Assembly: GCA_018436855.1 (NCBI GenBank)
Contig: JAHDKO010000029.1
Coordinates: 13,157-77,156 of the forward strand
Origin: Deltaproteobacteria bacterium
GTDB taxonomy: Bacteria; Desulfobacterota; Desulfomonilia; UBA1062
Length of the DNA: 64,000 nt
Reading direction: 5' to 3'
Positions 1 through 8,949 of the stretch are shown here, one piece after another. Position 1 is the stretch's first letter; each line of letters begins with the position of its first letter. The translations under genes were made by a program, and so were the position numbers. The notes under the pieces are model-generated. The model was given only the letters and a program-made list of their open reading frames with translations. It was not told the origin of the DNA and searched no databases.

Positions 1-1377
1 AGGGGGATTGTCAGTCAGGGGGCCTGCCGCCTTACCGGCAAAAACCGCCTGCGCGCGCCTCTTCGCGATCCTGCGGCCGATCTTTCGCTTCAGATACCAC
101 AAGCCCGGCCCCGGATCGCGCAGGTTGAAGGGCTCGATGATGGGGATGGTCGACATCACGGAGAGCACGTCTCTGAGCGAGTAGTCGCCTTGCTTCCATT
201 TCCGCTTCAGGTTGCCCAGGTCACGCTCGAGATCGATCCAGTATTTTTTGGCGTCCCGGGGCGCCTGCCGGTCCCCGCCGGATTCCGTTCCCGCGAGGTC
301 CCGGTATGCATGGTATGCCGCGTTCACGCCCATGCGTGTGGCGAGCATGATCTGTGACCAGCACCGGGGGTTGAGCTCAATGATCCGGTAGGTTCCATCG
401 CGCTCGTCTCTTCTGAACTCGATCTCGAATATGCCCCGGTAGTCCAGGTCTTTCAGGAGCCTGCGGCCCAGTGCGAGCAGCAGGGGAACATGGGCGCCGG
501 AAACAAAGGTCCCTGCGCCGAAATGGCTCTGCCTGAGCTTGTTGGTCATGACACAGCCCATGATCTCGCCTCCCCGCCCGCAGTATCCTGCCAGGGAGTA
601 CTGGTCTTGGTCCCTGCCCGGCACGATCTCCTGGATCACATATCTCATGCCCCTCTCCGACAGGTCGCGGCTGCAGCTTAGCAGCTCTTCGCGGCTGCCC
701 GCGACAAAGAGCTTTCTGCCCTCGGCCTGTTCGAGCAGAAAGGTCAGGGACGGCTTGACGATGCAGGGGAAGGAAATGCCTCCGATGTCCATGTCGCCGG
801 GCAACGTGCCGGCCGAGGGGAAAACAGTACTCGGGCACGGGAATCCGCGGTCGGTGAGCCGCCGGTAAAAGGCGGCCTTGTCGAGGGTGAGCGTCAGGGC
901 CTCGCGCGATGGGGAGACAATGTCAGCCAGCTCCTCGATCTCGTCGAACCGGCCGATGAGATAGCTCAGGACCGCGTCAGTGGTGGGAAAGATGATCGGA
1001 GGCCTGCCGGAATAGCGCCGGGCCAGAGAGCTCAGGGACCGCAGGATCTCGCACAGCCTGTCCGGGGCCGTGGATATGTCGGCCACCGTGATCCTGCTGC
1101 AGTAACGCGAAAAGTCGCGCGCGCTCACCGGCCCGTCGTCGATCACGATGCTTCGGACACCCTTTTCGCCGAGGCTCCGGATCAGGCCCAGGCCGTGGCC
1201 GCCCAGCACGACGGGAACGGATGCCTGCCGGGCGCAGAGCCCGGCGACCAGGCCATCCAGGCGATCGATGGCGCAGGTCACATGACCGGCCCCAAACCCG
1301 GCTCCGGCGTATACAGCCGGGAATGTGTCTCGACCTTCCAGGCCCCTTGAAGCGGATGCGAAAGAGGATCCAGGCAT
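1..1377 (-). CDS. ATP-grasp domain protein, 3' end truncated by the window edge
   Basis: I translated the minus frame continuously from the ATG at 1377 to position 1 with no stop. It contains the ATP-grasp hallmarks 'CIVKPS', 'YVIQEIVPG' and 'IFEIEF...ELNPR'. The next gene's stop at 1386 is tightly packed against its start. Confidence 0.8.
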   Translation of the reverse strand, partial: MPGSSFASASRGLEGRDTFPAVYAGAGFGAGHVTCAIDRLDGLVAGLCARQASVPVVLGGHGLGLIRSLGEKGVRSIVIDDGPVSARDFSRYCSRITVADISTAPDRLCEILRSLSSLARRYSGRPPIIFPTTDAVLSYLIGRFDEIEELADIVSPSREALTLTLDKAAFYRRLTDRGFPCPSTVFPSAGTLPGDMDIGGISFPCIVKPSLTFLLEQAEGRKLFVAGSREELLSCSRDLSERGMRYVIQEIVPGRDQDQYSLAGYCGRGGEIMGCVMTNKLRQSHFGAGTFVSGAHVPLLLALGRRLLKDLDYRGIFEIEFRRDERDGTYRIIELNPRCWSQIMLATRMGVNAAYHAYRDLAGTESGGDRQAPRDAKKYWIDLERDLGNLKRKWKQGDYSLRDVLSVMSTIPIIEPFNLRDPGPGLWYLKRKIGRRIAKRRAQAVFAGKAAGPLTDNPP

Positions 1378-1385
1378 CTGTGCCG

Positions 1386-2069
1386 TCATTGAACCGGTTC
1401 TTCCCTGACCAGCCTTTTGTGGAAGAACTCCTGCCACCGGTGCAAGGGGCTGGAGCAGAGCCTCACCCGTACACCCGCGCTTTGCCTGATCAAGGGCAGG
1501 AAGAAGTAACATCCCATCACGAAGCCGTAGAGCACGATCCCGAACGTCTGAAAGTGGTGCTTTGCAAGCGCGCGCTTCGACGGGAAATTCCGGTGGCGGA
1601 CGAATCCGTACACCCGGGTGTAGCCGAGCTTTGCCAGCTCGCGGAACGACTCGTTCATCAACAGGGGAAACACGTTTCTGCCGCGATGCTCGGGCGCTAC
1701 AAAGCCGTTGTAGATCATGACGCTCCTGTCTTCCATAGCGAACTCACAGTGCAGGTCGGGCGAGAAGATCGAGCAGGGGGCGAACCAGACAAACCCCGCC
1801 AGGTCCTCGCGGCACCACACGCAGAAGCACGGGTGACCCGAGGCGAGCCGGGTGCCGACCTCCTCACGGGTGAAGACGTTCGACCACCGGATGCACCGGC
1901 TGTCGTGGAACTCCATGAGTTCTGGAATCTCCGCCTCATCGAGCGTGCGCACCTCGTACCCGTCGATCCCCGGCATCCCGGGAGAGGAGGCGATTCCGGA
2001 TTTCCTGATGACATCGACCGCCTGCAGACTGAATGCATGCTTCACATACCATCGATAGTTCACGCTCAT
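1386..2069 (-). CDS. GNAT-fold acyltransferase, first of a tandem paralog pair
   Basis: The six-frame ORF track gives 1386..2114. I trimmed the start to the ATG at 2069, which has an AAGAGGT Shine-Dalgarno 8 nt upstream and aligns with the paralog start MNINLSWYRKH versus MSVNYRWYVKH. Conserved blocks FVWFAP, NGFV.P..RG and a C-terminal YG.V.G.YFFLP are present. Confidence 0.7.
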   Translation of the reverse strand: MSVNYRWYVKHAFSLQAVDVIRKSGIASSPGMPGIDGYEVRTLDEAEIPELMEFHDSRCIRWSNVFTREEVGTRLASGHPCFCVWCREDLAGFVWFAPCSIFSPDLHCEFAMEDRSVMIYNGFVAPEHRGRNVFPLLMNESFRELAKLGYTRVYGFVRHRNFPSKRALAKHHFQTFGIVLYGFVMGCYFFLPLIRQSAGVRVRLCSSPLHRWQEFFHKRLVREEPVQ

Positions 2070-2737
2070 GCAACAAGACCTCTTTTCCGGGCAAATGTCC
2101 GCCAGCGGTGCCATGGGCTGACCTCGAGCCGCAGGCGTATGCCCTGCTCTTTGTTCAGAAAGGGAAGAAAATAGTAATAGCCCAGCACATACCCGTAGAT
2201 GATGCTTCCGAAGGTGACGAACCCATAATGCCCCATGGCCTTCTTCGAGGTCCGGTTCGTGACCCGGGGATAGCCGTACACGGTTTTGTAGCCCGTCTCG
2301 GCCAGCCTCCGGAAGGATATCTCCATCATCTTAGGGCCCACCTTCATCCCGCGGTACGCGGGGTCGACAAAGCCGTTGTGGATGACCACGCTCGTGCTGT
2401 CGAGCTCGAAGGTGCAGCGCAGATCGGGCGAGTAGATGCTGCGGGGTGCGAACCAGACAAAGCCGGCCATGCGCCCCCCGACCCGGGCACAGGAGCATAT
2501 CTGCCCCGACGCGAGCCTCTCTTCGGCCTCTTGGGCGGTAAAGGCATGGTTCCATGCAATGCACTTTTTGTCGTGAAGATCCATGAGGGAGGGGATGTCA
2601 CCTTTGCTCAGGAGGGAAACCTCGATATCACCTGTCGATGTGATCTGCGGGCATATCCTCAAGTCGGGGAACTTGATCATATTCACCATGGAAAGGGAGA
2701 AAACATGCTTCCGGTACCAGCTGAGATTGATGTTCAT
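2066..2737 (-). CDS. GNAT-fold acyltransferase, paralog of the upstream gene
   Basis: The start at 2737 is preceded by AAAGGAGGTG with a 6-nt spacer. It is about 45% identical to 1386..2069 across the whole length and contains a YRGMKVG-type acyl-CoA binding motif. Confidence 0.75.
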   Translation of the reverse strand: MNINLSWYRKHVFSLSMVNMIKFPDLRICPQITSTGDIEVSLLSKGDIPSLMDLHDKKCIAWNHAFTAQEAEERLASGQICSCARVGGRMAGFVWFAPRSIYSPDLRCTFELDSTSVVIHNGFVDPAYRGMKVGPKMMEISFRRLAETGYKTVYGYPRVTNRTSKKAMGHYGFVTFGSIIYGYVLGYYYFLPFLNKEQGIRLRLEVSPWHRWRTFARKRGLVA

Positions 2738-2766
2738 CACGAGCACCTCCTTTTCTCTGTGGAAGA

Positions 2767-3873
2767 TCACGTCGAAGAGTAAAACGATTCGGCCGGGAAC
2801 ATGGCTCTGATGATCTCCCGGGCCACCGGGCGCACCTTGTGCCGGTTCTGCACCTCGTAGTGCACCAGGATGCCGGGCGAGGTGTTCACCTCGTTGATCA
2901 CATAGGTCCCGGGAAGGGCGGTGCGGATATCCCGGGCGATGAGGTCGATGCCTGCCAGCTTGATGCCGAGAAGGTCAACCACCTTTTTCCCCAGCGCGAT
3001 GAAGTCGGGCGACACCTCGTCGGTCACATCGTGATATGATCCGCCATAGAGCCAGTGGCAGATATCCTGAACGCTGACCTCCTCACCCTTGAGCGGGACC
3101 GAGTCCAGGGTGAGACCCTGCCTTTTCAACAGGCCGGCCAGTCCTTTGGTGACCGGGATCTTATAGAGGATGGGCCTGGTATTCGGGTCGTATTCCACCA
3201 GGCGCCCGTTTTCCATCCGGCCCGCATTGGCCAGGTCAATCAGGGCGCGCACGGTATGGGCCCCGTCGCCGATCACCCGGGCCGGGTCGCGTGAGCTTGC
3301 AGCCAGAAACGATCCCCGGCAGAAGAGCAACCGGTAGTTCGTGCCCTCGCAGAACTTTTCCACCAGGATCTCCCGGCCGAACATGCCGGCATGGTTGACC
3401 GCGCGCCACAGGGCAAAGGGCGTGGCCGGGTCGATGCACACGCCCCTGCTGTCGCCGGTGTTCTTTGCGGGCTTGATCACGACCGGAGCGCCGCACTTCC
3501 GCTGAAACTCCGCCGCCCCCCGGTAGTCGCCGCTCCTGAGGACCGCGTGATCAGGCACCGGGATGCCCTGCCTCCTGAGCAGGGAGTTGCAGAATATCTT
3601 GTCTCCCGCTATCATGAGCGAGGCCTCGCCGTCGAGGTCGGTGAAGGCATGGAAGATATTCTGCACCGAACCGTTCTTTCTGAGCTGGAGTATGTTGTTG
3701 TCGAGAATGCAGGTCTGAATGCCCAGGCCGGGGGCCTCGTGCAGGTAGTACGAGTATTCGAGCCCGGTCGTGCCGGGCTTGTTCCCGGACCGGACGACCG
3801 CGCTCAGCCTGTTCTTGAGCCTCCGGCCGTTCCGGAACAGCACGGGGCCCATTGAATCGAAGATGCGTGCCAT
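2767..3873 (-). CDS. ATP-grasp ligase, RimK or cyanophycin-synthetase-like
   Basis: Contains 'VVIKPAKNTGDSRGV' and 'ILVEKFCEGTNYRLL...VNEVNTSPGI'. The start is taken at MARIFDSM, with an AAGGAGGA RBS upstream; the R-rich N-terminal extension in the ORF track is rejected. Confidence 0.75.
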   Translation of the reverse strand: MARIFDSMGPVLFRNGRRLKNRLSAVVRSGNKPGTTGLEYSYYLHEAPGLGIQTCILDNNILQLRKNGSVQNIFHAFTDLDGEASLMIAGDKIFCNSLLRRQGIPVPDHAVLRSGDYRGAAEFQRKCGAPVVIKPAKNTGDSRGVCIDPATPFALWRAVNHAGMFGREILVEKFCEGTNYRLLFCRGSFLAASSRDPARVIGDGAHTVRALIDLANAGRMENGRLVEYDPNTRPILYKIPVTKGLAGLLKRQGLTLDSVPLKGEEVSVQDICHWLYGGSYHDVTDEVSPDFIALGKKVVDLLGIKLAGIDLIARDIRTALPGTYVINEVNTSPGILVHYEVQNRHKVRPVAREIIRAMFPAESFYSST

Positions 3874-4035
3874 TATCTTTTGAATCCTCCTTCGCCTACG
3901 CTTCCTAAAGGTCGGATGCGGGGCACATTCCCCGCTGCATGCAACAGGACCGGGTCCGGGTCTTGCCATGGGGTCCATACCGATGATCCGCCTTTCTTGA
4001 GAAAAAGACCGCAGCGGGTGCCCCGCGTATCCGGC

Positions 4036-5142
4036 CTATTCGTGAAACAACACCCCGTACTGGGCGAAGAGTCCCCGGTTTTTCGGCGTGAGCAGGCCCC
4101 CGTTCGCCGCCTGGAGGCCGGCGGTGCCCCACTCCTGGTTTGCCTCGATGATAACGGGTCCTTCAAGAGTGAACGCGATGTCCCAGCCGATGGACTTGAT
4201 GTAGTGAAACACCTGCTGGGCCTGCACCACGATCTTTGTCAGCTCGTCCCAGTGCGGCAGCTGAAACCCGGAAAACTCCGTGCCGGTCACGGGATGCCTG
4301 GTCAGCATCCTGCCCCGGGGGGTCGTGATCAGGCCCTCGCGCTTCAGCCTCCCGGTTTCCACGTCGATGCCCACTACCACGCCGCCGGCAGAGAAGTTGT
4401 CGATGGGGCTTGTCGACGAGCTCGTGCGCAGCATGGCCGCGACGATCTCCACCCGGTTGTCCCGGGTGAGAAAGGTGACGATTCTCACCGAGTTGACCGA
4501 ATGCGGGTTGATCCACCCAAGATCCGGGTGCTGGCGGATGACCTCCTGGATGAGGTAGTCGCTGTTTTCGTCATCCACATCGTCGTGCGCGACAATCCGT
4601 TCAAGGGCGTCCACGTCCTGTAAGGATATGAAGTGGATGCCCTTTCCCATCAGGCCCAGCACCGGCTTTATGACCACCCTTTCCAGGCCGTTCTCCTGCA
4701 TCAGCTCCTTGAGAAACACCCTGGCCTCGGGCAGGGCGTCGCGTTTCACCAGGCCGTAGCACCGCGGGCAGGGCAGCCCGTGGTGCTCGCACAGGCAGGA
4801 GAACAGATATTTGTCGTGCACCAGAATGTGGTGGGTCTTCTTCCACAGAGTATTCCTCAGCTTCGGACGTAAAAGGGGGGCGTGGGGATCGTCCATATAC
4901 TCCTTGAACCTCCTTCTCTCCATGGTATCGAACCTGAACAGGTGATAATGCGAAGGCAGGATCCCCAGCACGAAGAACAGGTAGAGATAGTCTATGACCC
5001 GGGTGAGGGCCGGCTTGGCATGGTTGCCGTCTCCACCCATGCCCGGGTCGCCAAACCCCCTGAACAGGTCATTGATCCTGCCGTAGTGGGCCGCATATTG
5101 CCTGATCACGTTTATGGCTTCGACAATACGCATATTCTTCAA
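4036..5142 (-). CDS. sugar-transfer-associated ATP-grasp protein
   Basis: 368 aa. 'VVIKPVLGLMGKGI', 'YLIQEVIRQH' and 'GPVIIEANQEWGTAGLQ' are typical of the ATP-grasp family found in EPS loci. Confidence 0.75.
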   Translation of the reverse strand: MKNMRIVEAINVIRQYAAHYGRINDLFRGFGDPGMGGDGNHAKPALTRVIDYLYLFFVLGILPSHYHLFRFDTMERRRFKEYMDDPHAPLLRPKLRNTLWKKTHHILVHDKYLFSCLCEHHGLPCPRCYGLVKRDALPEARVFLKELMQENGLERVVIKPVLGLMGKGIHFISLQDVDALERIVAHDDVDDENSDYLIQEVIRQHPDLGWINPHSVNSVRIVTFLTRDNRVEIVAAMLRTSSSTSPIDNFSAGGVVVGIDVETGRLKREGLITTPRGRMLTRHPVTGTEFSGFQLPHWDELTKIVVQAQQVFHYIKSIGWDIAFTLEGPVIIEANQEWGTAGLQAANGGLLTPKNRGLFAQYGVLFHE

Positions 5143-5305
5143 TTCTCATTCGCGCTCGCTTCTGAAGGACAAGGAGGCCAGGCCTGATTCCCGTTGAAAC
5201 TTGCTGCTTCGAAAGGGTCCAGGGCTTGCCTGAAAAAAGTCCATACGATTGATTCAGCGGCACCACCGCCTTGTTGCGGCGGTGCCGCTGAATAAATGTG
5301 CATGA

Positions 5306-8300
5306 TCAGCGCATGGACGGCGGTCTCTGATTGAAGTCGTAATACTCGTATGCCGGCTCGATGGCGTTGAGCAGCGCCAGAATCTGGTCGTCGGTGTAGC
5401 CCAGGAGATAGCGCCTCAGATATTCCGGCGCGAGGATCTCGTTGGTGTCTCTGCTCGCGAAGAAGAAGACGCCCCGGTTGAAGGCCCCTACATAGTAGTT
5501 CGACGAATTGCACCCGCCGTAGAACATCCGGGAATAGCGCATATCCTCGGACGGGATCTTGATCGTGCCCGTGTTGCAGATGACCTTGCCGAACTTGATG
5601 AGCGACCCAGAATAGAAGTGGGGCTTTTCATGGAAGGTGTTGTCCACGAACTCGATGGCCACCATGTTGCAGATATAGTTCTGCTCGGTCTCGCTGTCCT
5701 GCCCGTCCGGGCCCGAGACCGTGAGCCTCACCGTGAAGAGGCCGATGTCCGTGTATATATGGGTGGGGTTTCGCTCCGTGCTCGTGGTCCCGTCGCCGAA
5801 ATCCCAGAACCACGAGGTGATGTTCCCGGTGCTCCGGTCCTGGAAATGCACAATGGTTCTCTCCGCGCTGTTCCTCCGGGATGCAAAGAACTCGGCGCGA
5901 AGCGGTGCAGCGACGCCTGCCGCAATGAACCCATCCTTGACCTCGGTGTGCTGGTTCCCCATGACATCGGTGATGGTCAGGCTCACCGTGTAGACCCCGG
6001 GCTCTTCATAGACGTGCCCAGGGTTTTTCGCCGTGCTCGTGGTGCCGTCGCCGAAGTCCCAGAGTCGTGACCGTATCGAGGCCCCGTCGCCGAAGATATC
6101 CCAGAGACTCTCGTTGTACGTCATGCTTCTGTCTGAGAACTGCACGGCCAGAGGGGTGCCGCCGGATACGATGTCTGTATCGAACTCCGCCTGGAAAAGG
6201 GCGGGGTTGTCCATGCAGTTGAACACAATTGCGTCGGCGATCACCCTTCCATCCGCATCGTCGGTGATCTCGACCACGGCCGTCCCCGCATCGAAATAGA
6301 AGGTGCCGATAGATTTGACCAGTGAGAGCAGAGGCTCCTGCTGGTTTACCTCTACGGTGGTGGCACCCCCTGCATGGTGGACGATGTATCTGGTGTTGGT
6401 GGCATTGCCGGAAGACGGATACCACGAGGCCAATACGTTGTAGTTGCCGGGATGTCTCAGATAGATGGAATACGCCGCCTTGTTCTCGCCCGTGCCCGCC
6501 GGGCGGTACTGGTAGTTGTAGCCCAGGTACCCGGACTCTCCCAGGTAGCCGCCGCCCGGGATCTGGCCTATGGCCCAGGTCCCGGTGAAGTCGCAGTGGT
6601 TGAAGTCGGGATCGGAATTGGTGATGAAATATTCGGGGTTCCTCGCCGGATCGGGAGGGGTCCCGTCTGCCGAGAACCAGGCCGGCGTGTTGGCGTCGGG
6701 GAACCGCTCCAGGTAGCTCCCGTCAGAGAGCTCCACCTTGTATACAGCAGGATCTCCCGGGATGGTGTAGGTGAGATAGTAGTTGTACGGCGGGGTTCCC
6801 TGGCTGAATGTGTACGGCATCAGCGCGCTCCTCCCGTCCTTGAACACCGGGTTCCAGTTGGGGTAGGCCTGGCCGTAGCGCATGCCGTCGGGCTTCACGG
6901 ACACCATCTCGGTCGAGTAATTCGTGAATCGGTCGTCGTCCACGAAAAAGATGTTGTCGATCCGCTGGTTCTGGATCTCCCGGGAGTCGGCAAAGGTGGC
7001 GCCGAAGCCGAAATTGGAGTGGCCGTTGAACACGATGTGGGACCCCTCGTCCTTCAGGGCGAACTCCATGGCCTCCGGGGTGCGGACCGTAAAGATGTGA
7101 TAGGTCACGCCCTTGACCGGATTGGTGTATACCCACACGCCGCCCTGCTCGGTGGCTCCGATGCCTGCCAGGTACTCGTAGCACCGGGGCAGGAACAGGG
7201 CGTTCTTGGAGTAGCCGTCGACGAGATAGATCCTCTCCGCTGCCTCATACACCCGGATATAGGCGTCGCGCACCATGGTGTCGGAACCATAGGCATTGGT
7301 TACGGTGAGCGAGACCCGGAAGGTTCCGGCCCGGGTATACTGGTGCACCGGGTCCTTGAGCGTGCTGGTGAAGCCGTCTCCGAAATCCCAGAGCCGGCTG
7401 TCCACCTGCCCGGTGCTCTGGTCGTAGAACCTGACCGTGCACGGGATCCCGCCCGTGGTTTTGTCCGCGGTAAAGCTGGCCGCCGGCGGGTTGTTTCCCG
7501 GTTCATCGGCCGGAACGAACCGAACCGCGTCCGCGCAGGTGCTCACCGTGGAGCCGTACGAAGCGGTGATCGTCACCCTATAGGACTGTGAAGCTTCGAA
7601 GAAATACACACCCAGGCTGTTCCACCGGCTTCCGTTCTGCTGCTGGTTGATCGTGAGTGTGGTGGATGCCGGGCCGCCGTCATAGTGCTCGATCGCCACG
7701 GGCACGCTCGTGCTCCTGGAAGGCCACTCGGTCCACCACATGGACACCTCGTAGTAGCTCGAAACCACAGGGGTGAAGGTCCAGGTAAAGGTGTTGCCGT
7801 CGCGGCTCCACTGCGAATCCGGGCCGTACGATCCCGAGCCGCCGGAAACCGGCCAAAGCCCGGTGAACGACGCTGCGCTGCTGTTGTTGTCGATGATCAC
7901 CTCATCGGGTGCCCCGCCCACAACCAGGTTTGCGGAGGCGGGCTCGGACCACAGGCCTTCTTCGTCCCGGACAAAGAAGGATATGGTGTGGGCGCCTTCA
8001 CTCAGGAACGAGACCGTGCACGATGCCGAATCGCAGAACTCGCCGTCCAGGTCGGACTCCCACAGCCAGTCGACGATCGGGCCCTCATTGTCGGTCCCGT
8101 GGCCGGTGAACGTTACCGGCTGCCCGGGCTGAGCAGGGTTGGGCGCGATGGAGTCGATATAGGCCAAGGGCGGGCTGTTGCCGCCTACATACTCGAACAG
8201 GACCGCGTCCGCGCAGGTGCTCACCGTGGAGCCGTAGGCAGCGGTGATCGTCACCCTGCTTGACGAATCGAGGTAAAAGCTCCCCAGACTGTTCCACCTG

Positions 8301-8662
8301 GCCGCATTCTCCCGCTGGTTGATGCTGAGCGTGCTCACCCCGTCCGCGTGACGGACCTGGACCGGCACCGACGAGGCCCGGGAAGGCCACGACGACCACC
8401 ACATGAAGATCTCGTACACACCGGCCGGCTGGGAGCCCAGGGCCCAGGTGTAGGTGTTGCCGTCGCGCGACCACTGGCTGTCAGAGCCGTAATGGTCGTT
8501 TCCGCCCGAAACCGGCCAGGGCCCGGTGAACGATGTGCCGGGATCGCCGTTGTCCACCAGGACATCGGCACGGACACCCGCGGGCATGCATGTCAGGATC
8601 ATCAGCGCGACCACTGCAGCGAGGAGCCTGCGCCACTCGATACAGGACGGTTTCCCTGTCAT
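5306..8662 (-). CDS. large secreted multidomain protein with three golvesin-C-terminal-like domains, three PKD domains, and central and C-terminal domains of unknown function
   Basis: The signal peptide is MTGKPSCIEWRRLLAAVVALMILTCMPAGVRA, so the start is taken at 8662; the ORF track extends it to 8773. A roughly 130-aa domain occurs twice (ORF aa 70-196 and 292-421) with the motif SxWxxSRDGNTxTW...YEIxMWWxxWPSR..SVPV...H.DG......INQ..N..RWNSLG......VTI.A.YGSTVSTCADAV.F, and a third divergent copy ends ADAIVF. There are three WDFGDG(T/F)TST PKD domains. Confidence 0.8.
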   Translation of the reverse strand: MTGKPSCIEWRRLLAAVVALMILTCMPAGVRADVLVDNGDPGTSFTGPWPVSGGNDHYGSDSQWSRDGNTYTWALGSQPAGVYEIFMWWSSWPSRASSVPVQVRHADGVSTLSINQRENAARWNSLGSFYLDSSSRVTITAAYGSTVSTCADAVLFEYVGGNSPPLAYIDSIAPNPAQPGQPVTFTGHGTDNEGPIVDWLWESDLDGEFCDSASCTVSFLSEGAHTISFFVRDEEGLWSEPASANLVVGGAPDEVIIDNNSSAASFTGLWPVSGGSGSYGPDSQWSRDGNTFTWTFTPVVSSYYEVSMWWTEWPSRSTSVPVAIEHYDGGPASTTLTINQQQNGSRWNSLGVYFFEASQSYRVTITASYGSTVSTCADAVRFVPADEPGNNPPAASFTADKTTGGIPCTVRFYDQSTGQVDSRLWDFGDGFTSTLKDPVHQYTRAGTFRVSLTVTNAYGSDTMVRDAYIRVYEAAERIYLVDGYSKNALFLPRCYEYLAGIGATEQGGVWVYTNPVKGVTYHIFTVRTPEAMEFALKDEGSHIVFNGHSNFGFGATFADSREIQNQRIDNIFFVDDDRFTNYSTEMVSVKPDGMRYGQAYPNWNPVFKDGRSALMPYTFSQGTPPYNYYLTYTIPGDPAVYKVELSDGSYLERFPDANTPAWFSADGTPPDPARNPEYFITNSDPDFNHCDFTGTWAIGQIPGGGYLGESGYLGYNYQYRPAGTGENKAAYSIYLRHPGNYNVLASWYPSSGNATNTRYIVHHAGGATTVEVNQQEPLLSLVKSIGTFYFDAGTAVVEITDDADGRVIADAIVFNCMDNPALFQAEFDTDIVSGGTPLAVQFSDRSMTYNESLWDIFGDGASIRSRLWDFGDGTTSTAKNPGHVYEEPGVYTVSLTITDVMGNQHTEVKDGFIAAGVAAPLRAEFFASRRNSAERTIVHFQDRSTGNITSWFWDFGDGTTSTERNPTHIYTDIGLFTVRLTVSGPDGQDSETEQNYICNMVAIEFVDNTFHEKPHFYSGSLIKFGKVICNTGTIKIPSEDMRYSRMFYGGCNSSNYYVGAFNRGVFFFASRDTNEILAPEYLRRYLLGYTDDQILALLNAIEPAYEYYDFNQRPPSMR
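7511..7900. repeat. intragenic domain-duplication repeat, copy 2, about 666 bp from copy 1
   Basis: The DNA around 7537-7590 is near-identical to the DNA around 8209-8260 (gtccgcgcaggtgctcaccgtggagccgta...gcggtgatcgtcaccct). It encodes the second golvesin-like domain. Coordinates are approximate. Confidence 0.6.
8186..8566. repeat. intragenic domain-duplication repeat, copy 1
   Basis: Encodes the first golvesin-like domain and shares long near-identical nucleotide stretches with copy 2. Coordinates are approximate. Confidence 0.6.
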
Positions 8663-8949
8663 CAATCCGGGCTCCGGTTCCGGGCGCCCTTTCATAGGGG
8701 AGACGCTCAACCGGGGCCGCGGGATCTGATGAATCATCCTATTGTCAGTGTTTCTCTCCAACTTTTCTCTCATGCCTTCTTAGCCTCCTTCTCGACAAAT
8801 GGATTTCTTGGACCCCAGGGCAAGCCTTGGACCCGGTTGAAACCTGAAAACGGCAGTGAATGTGACCCCTGCCTTCAAGGTCCTCAAGAAATTGACCTTC
8901 GAAGGAGGCTTCTCGCAAGCTCTCCTGCCAACCGTATCTTCTCACTCCT

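Noticed and set aside
1221-2174. 317-aa plus-strand ORF overlapping the ATP-grasp and GNAT genes
   Set aside because: R-rich antisense artefact. The minus strand carries the motif-bearing proteins.
3874-4035. Hairpin GCGGG-GCA-CCCGC followed by a T-rich tract between the ATPgrasp_ST and ATP-grasp genes as an internal terminator
   Set aside because: The stem is only 5 bp and the U-tract is interrupted and offset by about 8 nt. It is more likely part of an intergenic promoter or RBS region (AAGGAGGA follows).
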